Positions 29,601 to 42,759 of a stretch of DNA of 64,000 nt are shown in pieces. Within the stretch, counting starts at the first letter, position 1, and each line of letters opens with the position of its first letter. Under the pieces are notes generated by a model. It saw nothing but the letters and a program-made list of their open reading frames with translations, had not been told where the DNA came from and ran no database searches. Origin of the DNA: Camelus ferus (Eukaryota); contig NC_045696.1 in NCBI RefSeq assembly GCF_009834535.1, forward strand, positions 91,514,001-91,578,000. Reading direction: 5' to 3'. The position numbers and the translations under genes are program-made.

Positions 29601-29735
29601 ATCTATTCTACAATTTTGAAGTCCCATCTATCCCTTCCCCCTTTTTTCTTGATGAGTCTGACTAAAGTTTTATCAATTTTGTTTATCTTTTCAAAGAACC
29701 AGCTTTTAGTTTCACTGGTCTTTTCTATTGTTACT
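26618..29735 (-). mobile_element. L1, ~3.1 kb 5'-truncated copy with disrupted ORF2 (RT and C-terminal Cys-rich region)
   Basis: Minus-strand ORF fragments match L1 ORF2: 29164-29430 (INKIRKEKGEVTTNTTEIQ), 28598-28867 ([20 protein letters not shown]...[11 protein letters not shown]), 28224-28457 (MILYIENPK...GYKINIQKS) and 26910-27302 ([25 protein letters not shown]). Multiple stops and frameshifts. Confidence 0.95.
29411..29637 (-). mobile_element. Short, younger L1 3' end inserted into the older L1 ORF2
   Basis: T-rich tail, then aacattttttattgacttataatcattttacaatgttgtgtcaaattccagtgtagagcac...tatcccttccc. Flanked by cccctttgtttctt / ccccttttttctt. The host ORF2 continues on both sides. Confidence 0.85.
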
Positions 29736-30810
29736 ACTTTATATTTGACTTAATTTATGTCTTGAGTCCCGGATCCCGTTTCACCTGGTGGAAAACGTCA
29801 TCTTAGTCAATTCGGGGAAAACTCAGTCAGCTGGGAGTATTCTCCATTTATTCAGATATTTTTTAGTCTCTCTTCTCCACAGTATTCCCAGATGTATTAT
29901 TTATGCAACAAAGTTCATATCCTGGTTCTCTATGGTCATGAAACTTTTAATCTCAAAATCCTGACTTGAAAGACTTAATACCGTATTTTCTCCAAATATT
30001 CTCTCTGCTGAGTTTCAAAAGTTTATTCTGAAATTCAGAGGCTGATAATTCACTGTTATTTCTCTCTAAGTTCTATTCACATCCCTTTTCTGAGTCAGTG
30101 GGTGCCTCCTAAAGCCTGAATGAGGAGGTAAGAGTGGCAGGGGAGGGCAAAAATTTCTACAGTAGAACAAATGAGTAATAAGGGATTTTTTTTAAAAAGC
30201 TTATTGGTTAATTGATTGTTATCATTTTTTCCCCCTAAAAATAACATTCTGCAGTGAAAAACCAATAGCACAACACTGGTATATAGAACAACTACAACAA
30301 CAAAAAAAGTAATTTGGGTCAGGGCTCAAACTATGTGGTCTAGACAGACAGCATGTGGTAAGACACAATCAAGTCAGGGATGCAGTTTAGAGAAGAGGAA
30401 CAGATAGACTGTACAACTTCCTAACAACTTTTCAAAGGATCATCCAAGTGGAATTAGAATTTCCTATTATTTATTAACATATTATTTCCCTATTTAGAGT
30501 GTCTGCTTCAAAAAAGCAAAAAGTTGTGAAGGTTTTGCCTTTGTTTTGAACCAGATCCTCTGAGAAAAACATGAGGTTGTACCCCAAAATGAAAAGCCAT
30601 TGTGAAAACTCTATTTTGGTGTCTGTCACCACTCACTAGCCCAGGCAGTTTATTTTACATTTCAAATCCCTGGAAAGGACAGGCTTGGGGTGGGGGTCAG
30701 GTGAAATGTCAAAGGCTGCTGAGGTTACAGTGACGGTAGCAACTCCACTTCAATTACAAAGTTCAAGACGGCAAGAAACCCCCTGAAGATGGAATTAAAA
30801 TAGCAAATGC

Positions 30811-30993
30811 AGGGAACTGTATTCAATATCTTGTAGTAACATGGTGTAAAAGAACATGAAAATGAATATATGTATGTTCATGTATGACTGAAGCATTATG
30901 CTGTACACCAGAAATTGACACAATGTTGTAAACTGACTATACTTCAATAGAAGCATATATATACAAACAAACAAACAAACAAACAAAAAAAAC
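30811..30993 (+). mobile_element. Short L1 3' end with (CAAA)n tail
   Basis: agggaactgtattcaatatcttgtagtaac...gtaaactgactatacttcaata. TSD aaatagcaaatgc / aaacagcagatgc (11 of 13). Confidence 0.85.
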
Positions 30994-31292
30994 AAACAGC
31001 AGATGCCACAGAGCTCTGGATGCTGAGAATGCTGAAAACATGAAGAGACTAAATCAACGATCTGGATCACTGTGGGAGCAGACAGTTTCAGTTTATACCT
31101 GTAACCAAAATCAGAGATCGAGAGATGCTTTCTATAAAGAGAATGAATGACTTGAAGGCAATCTACTTGCTAAATAGTGAGTTTGACTTGTCACTTTCTC
31201 TAAGGAAAACAAGCAGCCCCATATAGCTGAACATCTTTTTGGTGTCATTAAGGAGAATGACACCATTACTTCGAAGTTACTCCCTGACTTTA

Positions 31293-33159
31293 TGGGCATA
31301 CCTGTTTCATTGCGCTTTGCTTTACTTCGGAGATACTGGATTTTTTACAAATGGAAGGTTTGTGGCAAGTCTGTCAGCACCATTTTTCCAACAGCATTTG
31401 CTCACTTCCTGTCTCTATGTTACATTTTGGTAATTCTTGCAATATTTCTTTTTCATTATTATATTTTTTATGGCGATCGGTGATCTTTGATGTTAGTATT
31501 GTAATTGTTTTATTATAACTAGGGTACCACAAAGCACATCCATATAAGATGGTGAACTTAACTGATAGATGTCGTGTGTGTTCTAACTGCTCCACTGACC
31601 AGCCGTTCCCATATCTCTCCTCAGGCCTCCTTACTCCCTGAGGCACAACAATATTGAAATTAGGCCAATTAATAACCCTACAATGTTCAAGTGAAAGGAA
31701 GAGTCACACATCTCTCACTTTAAATTGAAAGCTTGAAATGATTAAGCTTAGTGAGGAGGGCATGTTGAAAGCAAAGATAGACCAAAATCTAAGTTTCTTG
31801 TGCCAAACAGTTGTGAATGCAAAGGAAAAGTTCTTGAAAAAAACTAAAAGTGCTATTCCAGTGACCACACAAATGATGAGAAAGTGAATCATTCTTATTG
31901 CTGATATGGAGAAGGTTTTAGTGGTCTGGATAGACGATCAACCCAGACACAACACTCCCTTAAACCAAAGTCTAATTCAGAGCAAGGCCCTAACACAATT
32001 CTGCGAAGGCTGAGAGAGGTGAGGAAGCTGCAGAAGAAAAGTTTGAAGCCAGCAGAGGTTGGCTCGTGAGAGGTGAAACAGTAAGTACTGATGTAGAGGC
32101 TACAATGAATTATCCAGGAGATCTAGCGAAGATAAATAATGAAGGTGGCAACACTAAAGAACAGATTTTCAGTATAGACAAATCAGCCACATACTGGATG
32201 AAGATGCTGTCTAGGACTTTCATAGCTAGAGATGAGAAGTCAGTGTTTGGCTTCAAAGCTTCAGACCACAGGCTGACTCTCTTATTAGGGGTTAATGTAG
32301 CTGTGACTTTGAGTTGAATCCAGTGCTCATTCACCAATCTGAAAATCCTAGAGCTCTTAAGAATTATGCTGAATCTACTATGCCTGTGCTCTATAAATGG
32401 AGAAGCAAAGCCTGGGTGACAGCACATCTGTTTACAACATGGTTTACTGAATATTTTAAGCCCACTGTTGAAAACTAATGCTTAGGAGAAAAAAAGACTC
32501 CTTTCAAAATATTACTGCTAACTGACAGTGCACCTGACCAAGAGCTCTGATGGAGATGTATGAGATTAATGTTGTTTTCCTGCCAGCCAACACATCATCC
32601 ATTCTGCAGCCTATGAATCAAGGAGTAATTTTGACTTTCAAGTCTTATTAGTTAAAAAATACATTTTGTGGGGCTATTACCACTGTAGATAGTGATTCCT
32701 CTGATGGATCTGAGCAAAGCTAATTGAAAGGATTTGTAATTTTACATTCCATTAAGAACATGCATGATTCATGGGAAGAAGTCAAAATATCAACATTAAA
32801 AGGAGTTTGGAAGAAGTTGATTTCAACCCTCTTGGATGACTTAGAAGGGTTCAAGACTTTAGGGGAGGAAGTAACTGCAGATGTGCTGGAAGTAGCAAAA
32901 GAACTAAAATTGGAAGTGGAGCCTGAAGATGTGAGTGAATTTCTGCAATCTCATGATCAAACTTTAATGGATGAGGAGTTGCTTCTTATGGATGAACAAA
33001 GAATGTGATTTCTTGAGAGCAAATATACTCCCAGTGAAGATGCTGTGAAGATTTTTGAAATGTTAGGCTTTAGACTATCATGTAAGCTTAGTTGATACAG
33101 CAGTAGCAGAGTGTGAGAGGAGTGACTCCAATTTTGAAAGAAGTTCTACTGTGGGTAAA
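31293..33159 (+). mobile_element. Tigger1 DNA transposon, right end missing, transposase disrupted
   Basis: TA then (t)gggcatacctgtttcattgcgctttgc (left TIR). Transposase remnants (ggaagagtcacacatctctcactttaaattgaaagcttgaaatgattaagcttagtgagg; ORF 32724-33008 HDSWEEVKISTLKGVWKKLISTLLDDLEGFKT). Stops abruptly at gaagttctactgtgggtaaa. Confidence 0.92.
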
Positions 33160-34189
33160 GTAAAAAGAATATTAATGTATTAAATTTCAACTCTTACATC
33201 CTCCTCTGTTTAATGTTTTGTATGTCACAATGGGAAGTAAGCACAAAGTACTTCTGCTGTGTGCCCGAGTGCAATAGTGTCTCAAGGAAAAACACTTGTG
33301 AAATTGTTTGAGTTGCAAGATGATCCATCATTTTTCTTCATGGAATATTTTTTATTCGAAAGAACAACTGGCAGACAAACTGTGATTATTTCAGTCTTGG
33401 GTATTTGACAGACATTTTCTCAAAAACTTAATGATGTGAGTTTTCAAGCAAAAGTTAGAATTTTTGAATTCAAATGTAAGCTTGACAACTTGTCAGTATT
33501 TCAAGATTTCTCTGGTGAAGTCAGTAGGTTTTTTTTTTTTTTTTTGGATGTTGTATAATGTAATTAAATATATCAACATTTGAAAAATCTGTATAACTTG
33601 GCAAAACAATATTTTCTAAATGACCAATACAAAATGTTACAAAATGACCCATGGGGGAAAAAAATCCTTTCAAAGTACAAGATAGACATAGATTTTAATT
33701 TAACAGAGTGTAAAAAGTTCATTGATAAAGTTTCAGATTCCTAATAGCAACTGACCTCTAAAAAATTACCACTTGTTAAGTTTGGGGACAGCCACAATTA
33801 TCTGAAAAGGCTATTAAAATACTCTTCCTTATTTTCTTCATGTACTTCAATCAAAACAATACATCACAGTAGACTGTAGAAACAAACTCCAGCTGTCTTC
33901 AATTAAGCTAGACATGAAGATGTTTGCAAAAATGTAAAATAATGCCACTCTTCTCACTAAAATAATGGAAAATATCATTATTTAGTAAAAATATGTTATG
34001 CATGGTAACATGTAGTGTGCTTATTACTGCTTTTTAAGTGACAATAAATATTTTTTAATTTCTCAATTTTGTTTTCTAATACAACAAATACTGGTAGACG
34101 TCACTCAAATGAACGAAAAGTCTTTGGTATCCTCAATGATTTTTAAAGGTTTAAAAAGATCCCAGGACCTGAAATTTTAAGAACTGCTG
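33160..34189 (+). mobile_element. Charlie1-like hAT transposon, right portion
   Basis: aatgggaagtaagcacaaagtacttctgctg...caaggaaaaacacttgtgaaattgtttgagttgc...cttgggtatttgacagacattttctc. Right terminus tcctcaatgatttttaaagg...ttttaagaactgctg, followed by ctcta. Confidence 0.8.
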
Positions 34190-35230
34190 CTCTACGATAT
34201 GCCAAAAGTAGAATTGCTAGATTGCATTTTATCTTTGCTAAGTATTTCCAAATTATTCTCCAAAATCATTGCATCAACTTAAACTCCCATTTGCAGTATA
34301 TGAGAATGTCCATTGCTCACATCCTTCTCAGCATTTTGGAATTGTTTCAGACTTAAATTTTTATTATATCTAATAGCTGCCAAAGTGGTGGTGTTTTATT
34401 TTGTATTTGTCTCATTATTGGGGAGATTATGCACTCCATGTATTTATTAGCTTTACATTTTCTCTTCTTTGAAATTTCTGTTTACATTTGTTTGCACATT
34501 CCTCTATTAAATTGTCTTCTCATGTGAATTTTTAGAAGCTCTTTACATCTTATAGGCACATTTCCTAGTTGGTTTCTCTTCTTTTTCATATTTTAATTTT
34601 TTTATTGAAATATAATTTACATACAATAAAACCTACATATCATAACAGTTTTGCCAACTGTATAAGCCCATGTTATCAACACCCAAAACAAACTATAGAA
34701 TATTACTATCACCCCAGACAGTTCCTCATGCTCAATCATAGATTAGATCAGTCTATTCCATAACATCACATAAATTACATCATATGATCTGTATTCCTTT
34801 GTGACTAGCTTCTTTCTATCAACACAGAGCCCAGAAGAAGACAATTTCTCTTGTCATTTCCCTTTGCCCAAACATCTTTTTCTAGGGGCACAGCCTTTGA
34901 AGAGTCCCTGAAAGTCCTAGCATTTATACAGAGCTTCGGTTCTACCTCCCAACCTTTCATGGCTGAAGGCCTCTCCTCTGTCCCCACATGTCAGAAACCC
35001 AAATCTCTTGACTACCATGCTCACCATATGTTCGAAAGCAGGGTTGCGGCTGGTATCAGCGCCATCTTGCCACTATTGGTGTCTGGAAATCTCTCCTGTT
35101 TTCTCAAAAGTTTGATATCTTGAAGACTATCTGTTATATTCAATCCATCATTTCTAGCTGTTTTGTGTTCAGAGGCTTTTCTGGGTTTCTAGTCTGTTAT
35201 GGCAGTAACAGAAGTCCACAAGCTGTTTTT
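34190..35230 (-). mobile_element. Old L1M/HAL1-type fragments
   Basis: aaactcccatttgcagtatatgagaatgtccattgctcacatccttctcagca and ttttattgaaatataatttacatacaataaaa. Degenerate, boundaries approximate. Confidence 0.55.
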
Positions 35231-35419
35231 TTCCTCCCACCAAAGACATCAGTGAGTAACAGCCACTATTCTGTTTTTCTTCAAGTCAGAGGTCAACTGC
35301 TTAGTGCTTAGAAAAGGGATATTATCCAGTTAACAAACAAACATAGAGAAATATCTTCTGCCTAGCTAAAAAGTTCCTACCTAATCCCTTTATCAGGCTC
35401 TAAGAGTTCCTGGATTACT

Positions 35420-35420
<1 letters not shown>

Positions 35421-35458
<38 letters not shown>
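35421..35458 (+). repeat. Poly(A) tract, 38 nt
   Basis: Uninterrupted A run. Confidence 0.95.
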
Positions 35459-35460
<2 letters not shown>

Positions 35461-35950
35461 TGAATATGGAAAGCTTCCTGGGGGAACATTCCAGGAAGTT
35501 TAATTGGGAACAGGAAGTATAGAGGCATTTGAAGTGATCCAGGGCTTTCAAGCAAGTTCCATGTCCTGACAGTGTAAGAACAGACTCACTTAAAGATGCT
35601 ACTCCATGCTTGTGTTCTTCTGTTTTGTTTTCAATCAAAGAAGCAGCTGAGCCCAAAATAATTAAAACCTAGACTTAGCAAAGAAGACAAAATTTTCCTA
35701 ATGAATCTCATGAGATGGGATTTGGGAAAGAAAGTATTAGTTTGGAAAAATCACAACTTGTTGAACTTGCTTGTTTAGCAATATACTGTAGGTCTGAGGA
35801 AGACGACTGTGCCATTTCCCTGTAATCTCCATCCCCCACATGCAGTGTTTTCTTTCCTAATTACTGTTTCAGAGTCAAAACTTGTGTGTTAAAGGCTTTT
35901 TATTAAATGGCAAATAAGAAAACAATATAAACAAGTGGTCAGAGAGGAAT

Positions 35951-36673
35951 TTTTTTTAACTGAGGTATAGTTGTGATTTACTGTATTATATTAGTTTCAG
36001 CTGTACTGCTTAATGATTCAAGCTTTTTATAGATAATACTCCATTTAAAGTTATTATAAAATCTTGGTTATATTCCCTGTACTGTATAATATATCCTCAT
36101 AGCTTATTTATCTTATACATAGTGGTTTGTGCCTCTTAATCTTATACCCCTTTCGTGCCCATCCCCCTTTCTCTCTCCCCAACTGGTGACAACTAGTTTG
36201 TTCTCTATATCTGTGAGTCTGTTTCTTTTTTGTTATGTTTGTTCCTTTGTTTTATTTCTTAGATTCCACATATAAGTGATAACATACAGTATTTGTCTTT
36301 CTCTGTCTTATTTATTTCATTAAGCATAATACCCTCCAGGTCTACCCATGCTGTTGCAAATAGCAAAATTTCCTTCTTTTTTATGGCTCAGTACTATTCC
36401 ACTGTGTATATATACCACATCTTCTTTAGCTATTCATCTATTGATGGACACTTAGGTTGCTTCCATATCTTGGCTATTGTAAGTAATGCTGTTATGACCA
36501 TTGGGGTGCGTGTATCTTTTCAAGTTAGTGTTTTCTTCCGGTATGTACCCAGGAGTGAAATTGCTGGGTCATATGGTGGTTCTGGTTTTAGTTTTTTGAG
36601 GAACCTCTGTACTCTTTTCCATAGTGGCTGCACCAATTTACATACCCACCTGCAGTGTGCTAGAGTTTCTTTT
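35951..36673 (-). mobile_element. 5'-truncated L1 (ORF2 C-terminus and 3' UTR)
   Basis: ORF 36520-36705(-) reads [40 protein letters not shown] agagaggaat / agagaagaat. Confidence 0.9.
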
Positions 36674-37371
36674 AGAGAAGAATGATTTTTAAGAACCCCA
36701 GCCATTTAGTTCCAGAGAATAAGATCAAGCTACTAATGGTGCAAACAAACCAGAAAACAACAACAACCAGGGCAGTAGCTACCTTCTGATATGAAGGAAG
36801 TTAAGATCCTTATGATGACTAAATTTGCAGATTTAGACCTGAAGAATATTCAGAGGTAGGAGATGAAACAGGAGGGAAGAGGGCAATGTCACGGAAAAGA
36901 CTAACTACAGAAATATACCAAAGCAATTATCTGTAAGGACTCACAGACTCACCCTTTTAAGCAACATTATAATGCTTTGATCTTGGTGATCCACCTACTG
37001 TCATATAGCCTTTCTTGCGGTAATTCTCTTTGGTGCTCTCCTCACATGCAGCCTCCTGCCCCACCCACCCACCACCCACCCCCACTTCCCACAATGGAAT
37101 ACTCTGTTGCCCTCCTGTCAAGCTGGGGGGGGCTGGGGTGATGCAAGGAGGTGATCTGGGAAGATCCAGCATCTGGAACAGAAGGCAGATGGAGTACTAT
37201 ATGAGGAGGTTCCCAGAGCAGAGAGTACATGAAAGTTTTGAAGGTAGACAGCTCTGCAGTCAAAACGGTGGCCCAGACAAAGAGGGTAGATTCTGAGACT
37301 CTGGTCTCAGAGGGAAGATTGGGGGTGAAGGACGCCAGGCAGGACTCCAGTTCAAAAGGAAGATGGGCCCA

Positions 37372-37513
37372 GTCCTGGTCATATATCCAGAGGAAACTCT
37401 AATTCAGAAAGGTACATGCACCTCAGTGTTCACAGGAGCACTATTTACAATAGCCAAGACATGGAAACAAACTAAATGTCTACTGACTGATGACTGGATA
37501 AAGAAGTTGTGGT

Positions 37514-37558
<45 letters not shown>

Positions 37559-38022
37559 GGAATATTAGCCATAAAAAGGAATAAAATAATGCCATTTGCT
37601 GCAACATGGATGGACCTGGAGATCGGCATACTAAGTGAAGTAAGCCAGAACGAGAAAGACAAATTCCATGTGGTATCACTTATATGTGGAATCTTATTTA
37701 AAAAAAGACACAAATGAACTTATTTATAAAGCAGCAACAGTGTCACAGACATAGAAAACAAACTTATGGTTACCAGAGGGGAAAGGGGGTGGGAAGAGAT
37801 AAATTGGGAGTTTGAAATACAGATACTACTATATATAAAATAGATAAACAACAAGTTTATACTGTATAGCACAGGGGACTGTATTCAGTATCTTGTAGTA
37901 ACCTGTAATGAAAAAGAATATGAAAAGGAATATGTTTATGTATATGTAAAACTGAACTATTATGCTGTACATCAGAAATTGACACAACAGTGCAAACTGA
38001 CTATACTTCAATTAAAAAAAAA
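37372..38022 (+). mobile_element. 5'-truncated L1 with poly(A) tail and internal (CA)n
   Basis: IYPEETLIQKGTCTSVFTGALFTIAKTWKQ (ORF2 end), then 3' UTR and gactatacttcaattaaaaaaa. TSD-like aaaaggaagatgggccca / aaaaggcagaagggacta. Confidence 0.9.
37516..37556. repeat. (CA)n microsatellite
   Basis: About 20 AC units inside the L1. Confidence 0.95.
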
Positions 38023-38609
38023 AAAAGGCAGAAGGGACTAAGCAAGAACAAAGGGAAGGAATTGGGAGGACCAAGGAGCAGTTAGTTGAAACAGATCCTA
38101 TAACCGATGGCATGATCACAGGGGTAGAGACGGAAGTCTACAGGCCAGATCAAGGACTTGGAGTTGCAAATAATTTTCTGAGATAGTAAAAAGGCTGCAC
38201 CCATGCATCCTTCTCCCAGGCTTCTTTGAGCCCATTACTCTTCGATTCGGCAAGAACAAAGAATCACATTCTTAACCATGAGCTCCAAAACAGGCTCTTA
38301 AAATTCATAACAGAAATGATCTTATTAAAAGCCAAAATATTTTGATTAGTTTGAATTGGGCTTTTGTGAGACAAGATTGTTTTGGTTCCAAAAGCTTGGC
38401 TTTGAATATCAGGATCCAATGGACTGAACAAAAAGTTTATAGTATAGTCAAAGTTTGTACTGTAAACAAGGGAGTTGGAAAGTGCAGGGTGATGATTAAG
38501 CTGTGTTCTTTCTCCCCCCCACAGCACTCCCCCCTCCCCAAGACGAGAGGAAAATCTCAGATTGGAGGACAGAAAATAGTTGAGAAAGGAAAGCAAGACA
38601 ATGAGTAAT

Positions 38610-39347
38610 TGATAGGAATTCCTGAGAAAGGGGCCTTCATATTCTGCTTGTCCCAGTTTCAAATCCACGATGCTACAGTGAGAACCTCTAAGAAATCCCA
38701 GATAGGTTTTTAGGGGGAACCTGAGAGCACGGGAAACTTCTGCCTCTCCGTATGCAGCCCAGAGACATTGAAAGCCTTCTGGAGAAGCCCATAGCCAACA
38801 TGAGACTAGAGCTGAGAAGTGGCAAAGGCTAAGAGATACCCACATGGAGGGGCCTCAGCACAGTTTCATAGAGACTCAGCACCTCGGGGTGATGCATGAA
38901 AAGTACCAGTGATTCCCAGGCCTCCCCTAGAAAGGGGATAAGATGAGCTAAGAGAGGTCCCAGGATGAGGAAGGAGGGCAGAGATCCCTGGAATTAGCAA
39001 TGTGAGGCCCCTGGCTGGGACCTAAGCAAATGTAAGTGCACAATGACAATAACCAGACACACTGAGTTACGTCTTGTAGATGCCAGAAAAGATAAAGAAG
39101 AAGATGGCCATCAAACAGATTCAACCCCTCACCAAAGCCTGGATGAGAGAGGAGCTCTTGTCATCTCTGACCCCCAGAGCTTAGATTACTCATGGGAGAC
39201 AGAGGTACCTTGAATTGGCTGAACTAAGTGTTCTGCCACAGAATGGACATGGGGGCTCAAGGGGCAAATTAAGTTCAGTTGTAGAGAAGTGAAGACATAT
39301 CTTTGCACATCTGAATTTTGTGACAATGAAATTTATATCTGTTAGCA
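38610..39347 (+). mobile_element. Ancient LTR, possibly MamGypLTR-like
   Basis: 3' end aattaagttcagttgtagagaagtgaagacatatctttgcacatctgaattttgtgacaatgaaatttatatctgttagca resembles MamGypLTR termini from memory. Left boundary uncertain. Confidence 0.4.
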
Positions 39348-39489
39348 GATCTGGATCCAGAGTAACACTGATTTAATGCTGGATCTCTCAAACTAGTGGT
39401 TTACAGTAGCATAAATTTTCTCTAATTAAATTCTCCAGAGTTCAGACATACACCTAACTGTACACCAGAATTTAGTATAAAAGCTACAT

Positions 39490-40290
39490 TTCAGACCAGT
39501 AAGAAAAACATTACTCAATAAGTGGAATTGGTATAACTAGGAACCATTTGGGAAAACAATTAAGACAAATCCCTATCTTACTTTTTATTCCAAATTAAAT
39601 TTCATACAGATTGAAGATTTAAACTCTAAAATAGAAACTACAATAACACTTGAATAAAACTGGGTTTATTTATTTACAACCTTAGAATGGAGAAAACTTT
39701 TCTAAGAATGACACAAAACTTTGAAGCATAAGGAAGATTGATAAATTTGACTACAAAAAGTTTTTAACTTGTGTGTAATAAAAAATAATAATGAAAAAAA
39801 TCAAAAGACAATTGGTAAATTTGGAATAGTATTTACAACTCATACTGTAAACAAAAGGCTAGTTTCTTATATTTACAAGGAATAAGTAAAATCAATCAAG
39901 AAAAAAACCAACCAAACAAGAACACTGAACAAAGGACAAGAACAGGGAAGGCAGAAAACAAGATACAAATGACCAATATACATATGAAAAGATGCTCAAC
40001 CTCATTAATAAGGAAAACATAAACCAAAATAACATTTTTAAACCTTTAAAACTGACAAAAATCTAAGCTTGATAATACTTCTGGTGAGGGCATGGAAACC
40101 AGGCATCTTCATACACCTTTGGTGTAAGGGTAATTGCTGCAGTATGGCAACATGTATCAAACGTTTTAATCCATGTTCTTTTTATTCAGCAATTTCAGTG
40201 CTAGGAACTTATAGTACAGACATACTTGAAAAAATAGTCCATGAAATATGTTCATTGCAGCATTGTTTTTAGTAAGAAAATACAGAAATC
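39490..40290 (+). mobile_element. Old L1ME-like ORF2 3' fragment
   Basis: gattgataaatttgactaca...caaatgaccaatatacatatgaaaagatgctcaacctcattaataagg...cagcaatttcagtgctaggaactt. Confidence 0.7.
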
Positions 40291-40484
40291 CTCTTTAAGT
40301 AGGGATCTAAGGAAGGATTGTTCAAGGCAGGTCACGCCAATGGCGGGAGCCTGAGGGGAAGAGGAGGATCATGGACAGTAGACCTGACTCACATGGAAGT
40401 TAAATTCAGTTTAAATTTCTCAGCTAATGAGTTAATCCTCTTACATTATTTGTACTGGGAAGTTTTTGTATCTTCTTTTTCACT

Positions 40485-41420
40485 CATTTCAGCCCCAAAA
40501 TACTTGAGACCTACTATGTTGTAAACTTATTATGTTATGTCTTTCTAACAGAGCTGGACCTTGAGGGATTGATATAATTTGATCAAGCAGGAAAAGTATG
40601 ATAGGAAGACAAACAAACATGGGGCCAAGGAAGTTCAGGGTTGCTTGAGGAGAAAAAACCAGCACATGTGAATTACAATGTGTAGATGAGAGAAGCAGTG
40701 AAGGCAGAAGATGAGGCTGCAGCCACACTTGGCTGCAGTAACCATTGCTTTTTCAGCAAAAGATTCCTATTACTAGATTTGTATTTTAGAAAAACAACTC
40801 TGGCAGTCATGTACAGCATTAAATGAAGAGAGAAGAAAGCAAGGAGACCAGTTGGTTGATGCAGCAGGTGATGAAGTCAGAACAAGGGCAATAGAATCTA
40901 GAATGGAGAAGAGAGAGAGGAGTTCAGGGCATTTTAGAGGTAGTATAGACAGAATATGGCTACTTACCAGAAATGAAGAAGATGAAGTCATTTGAGATAG
41001 CATTAACAAGACCTGGGTGTTGATTGGAGGTGGGAGGCAAAAGCAGTGAAAACATTTCCAGTTTCATAGACTATGAAAAGGTAATAATGTTTATCAATAG
41101 GAGTCTGGGAAGGAAGACATTTTAACTGAGGGCTGGAAGACATGCTAAATTTTGGAGGTGTTGGGTTTGAGGCATCTATGGGGCTCCCAGGCACAGGTGT
41201 CCAACCAATATTTGGAAATACGGTTGGCGCCTCCAGAGCGAAAAAGACTGCCCCAGCACAAAGGTAACACAACATGAGAAGGAGCTGGAGGTACAAGTTT
41301 GGAGAACCCCTGCATTTCAGGGCTGAGTCAAGGAAGGGGAGTCAGCAAAGGGACTGGGGGAGGAATAGTGAGAGAGGATAGAGAAAAAGTCATGCTACGG
41401 AAGAGGCATGTGGGGCCAGT
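40485..41420 (-). mobile_element. LINE-2 fragments
   Basis: aaatacttgagacctactatgttg; gatttgtattttagaaaaacaactctggcagtc; tttggaggtgttgggtttgaggcatctatggg. Confidence 0.65.
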
Positions 41421-42759
41421 CCTGAAGGCGGAACTGCAGGGTAAGCCTGGAAGAAGCCACAGAAGTTCAGCAGAACAAGCTGTCCCCTCAGCTCCATTCT
41501 GATTCTCTCCAGCTGCTCTCTGGAGTTTGAAGTATTGTTCAGCTTTTCATATGAAAACTCTCAAACACTTTCTAAAAAATAAGTGATATAATCCCCTTTG
41601 TCTCAGGACTTACAGATATAAAAAGAGGCAATTTCCTATGCCACTTGGCAAGTCTAGGGCAGTGGAGCTCAGGATTCTTCGGGCCTTAGTCCAAGGACCC
41701 AACAGCCAAAACCTTCCAAGCAAATAAGTAAACAAAAGCAACAAAATAAGCCCGAGTTGGCAAAAAGTCATGCAGATCAAATGACATTTCTTTTTCCACT
41801 TTTATGAGGAAACTTGCTTCTCACAAAAATCTTGAGTTCCTTTCCTACATATTGTAGCATGGTGTTCCTGTTTCTTTTTGAATTTTGTAAGAATTTCCCA
41901 ACAATCTTCATGTTCCTTAAATCCTGGAATAGCTAAGGACATTTCTCAAGTTTGGCTTTAGTTAGAATACCGAAGGGATGATTTCTGGACATTTTACTTT
42001 GCTGTTTTTTGGGGGAGTTACTAAAATGGTTAAGCCTGTATTTAATCCTAAAGCCCTTCTGATGATCTGTTTGCTCAAAAGAAAATTGATCTGGATTGCA
42101 GTGACAGACTCTTATTTAGACAGGCCTTGAAATTTATATAAGAAACCAATGAGTTATTACAAAAATAATTCAGATCTGTACATTGTGACTTAAAGCTGCC
42201 CAAACAAATAGACTGAAGATGTGAGATATTTTTAATAAGTAATGTTTAAGAAAACAGCTATGTAAAATGTATCCAAATTCAGAGTATTTATTAAATAGTA
42301 ATTTTTAGAGTCAGAATACAAACTAGGCACTGGAAGCGAGCTCAACAGATGAAGGGATGGATAGTTGTTTCCTAAAATACAGTACTAAGGACTTGGGATC
42401 ATAACTTGGAATAATTATAATAATTTTGTTGTCTCAACAGCTCTCAGATTTCCACAGATGGTCAGATATGTTAATAACTGGAATTCTTCTGAATTAATCT
42501 AAATGAACATTGGCTTTATTTGGTATCAGTGTAGTAAAGGAAACTTTAGTACATTCAAACAGATTGAATAGATACCTTCCCTCAGCTGGTCGTTCCTTCT
42601 GGGCAGGCAGTAAGCAGTTGCCTTTCTGCCTTCCAGAGTTGGCCTTTTAGATCCCAGTCTTTAGATCTCAGTCTTTCTGTTCTTCTCAAAAAATTTCAAA
42701 TTCCATTGTCATCCTTTCTGTGGCACCTTCATTCTCTGTCACGCTACTGTATCCTTTCA

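Noticed and set aside
31680..33010. Tigger1 transposase as a domesticated gene (TIGD1-like)
   Set aside because: Multiple stops, frameshifts and internal deletions leave only short ORF pieces.
38264..38845. 193-aa minus-strand ORF
   Set aside because: No recognisable homology, it partly overlaps a probable old LTR, and there is no splice or promoter support.
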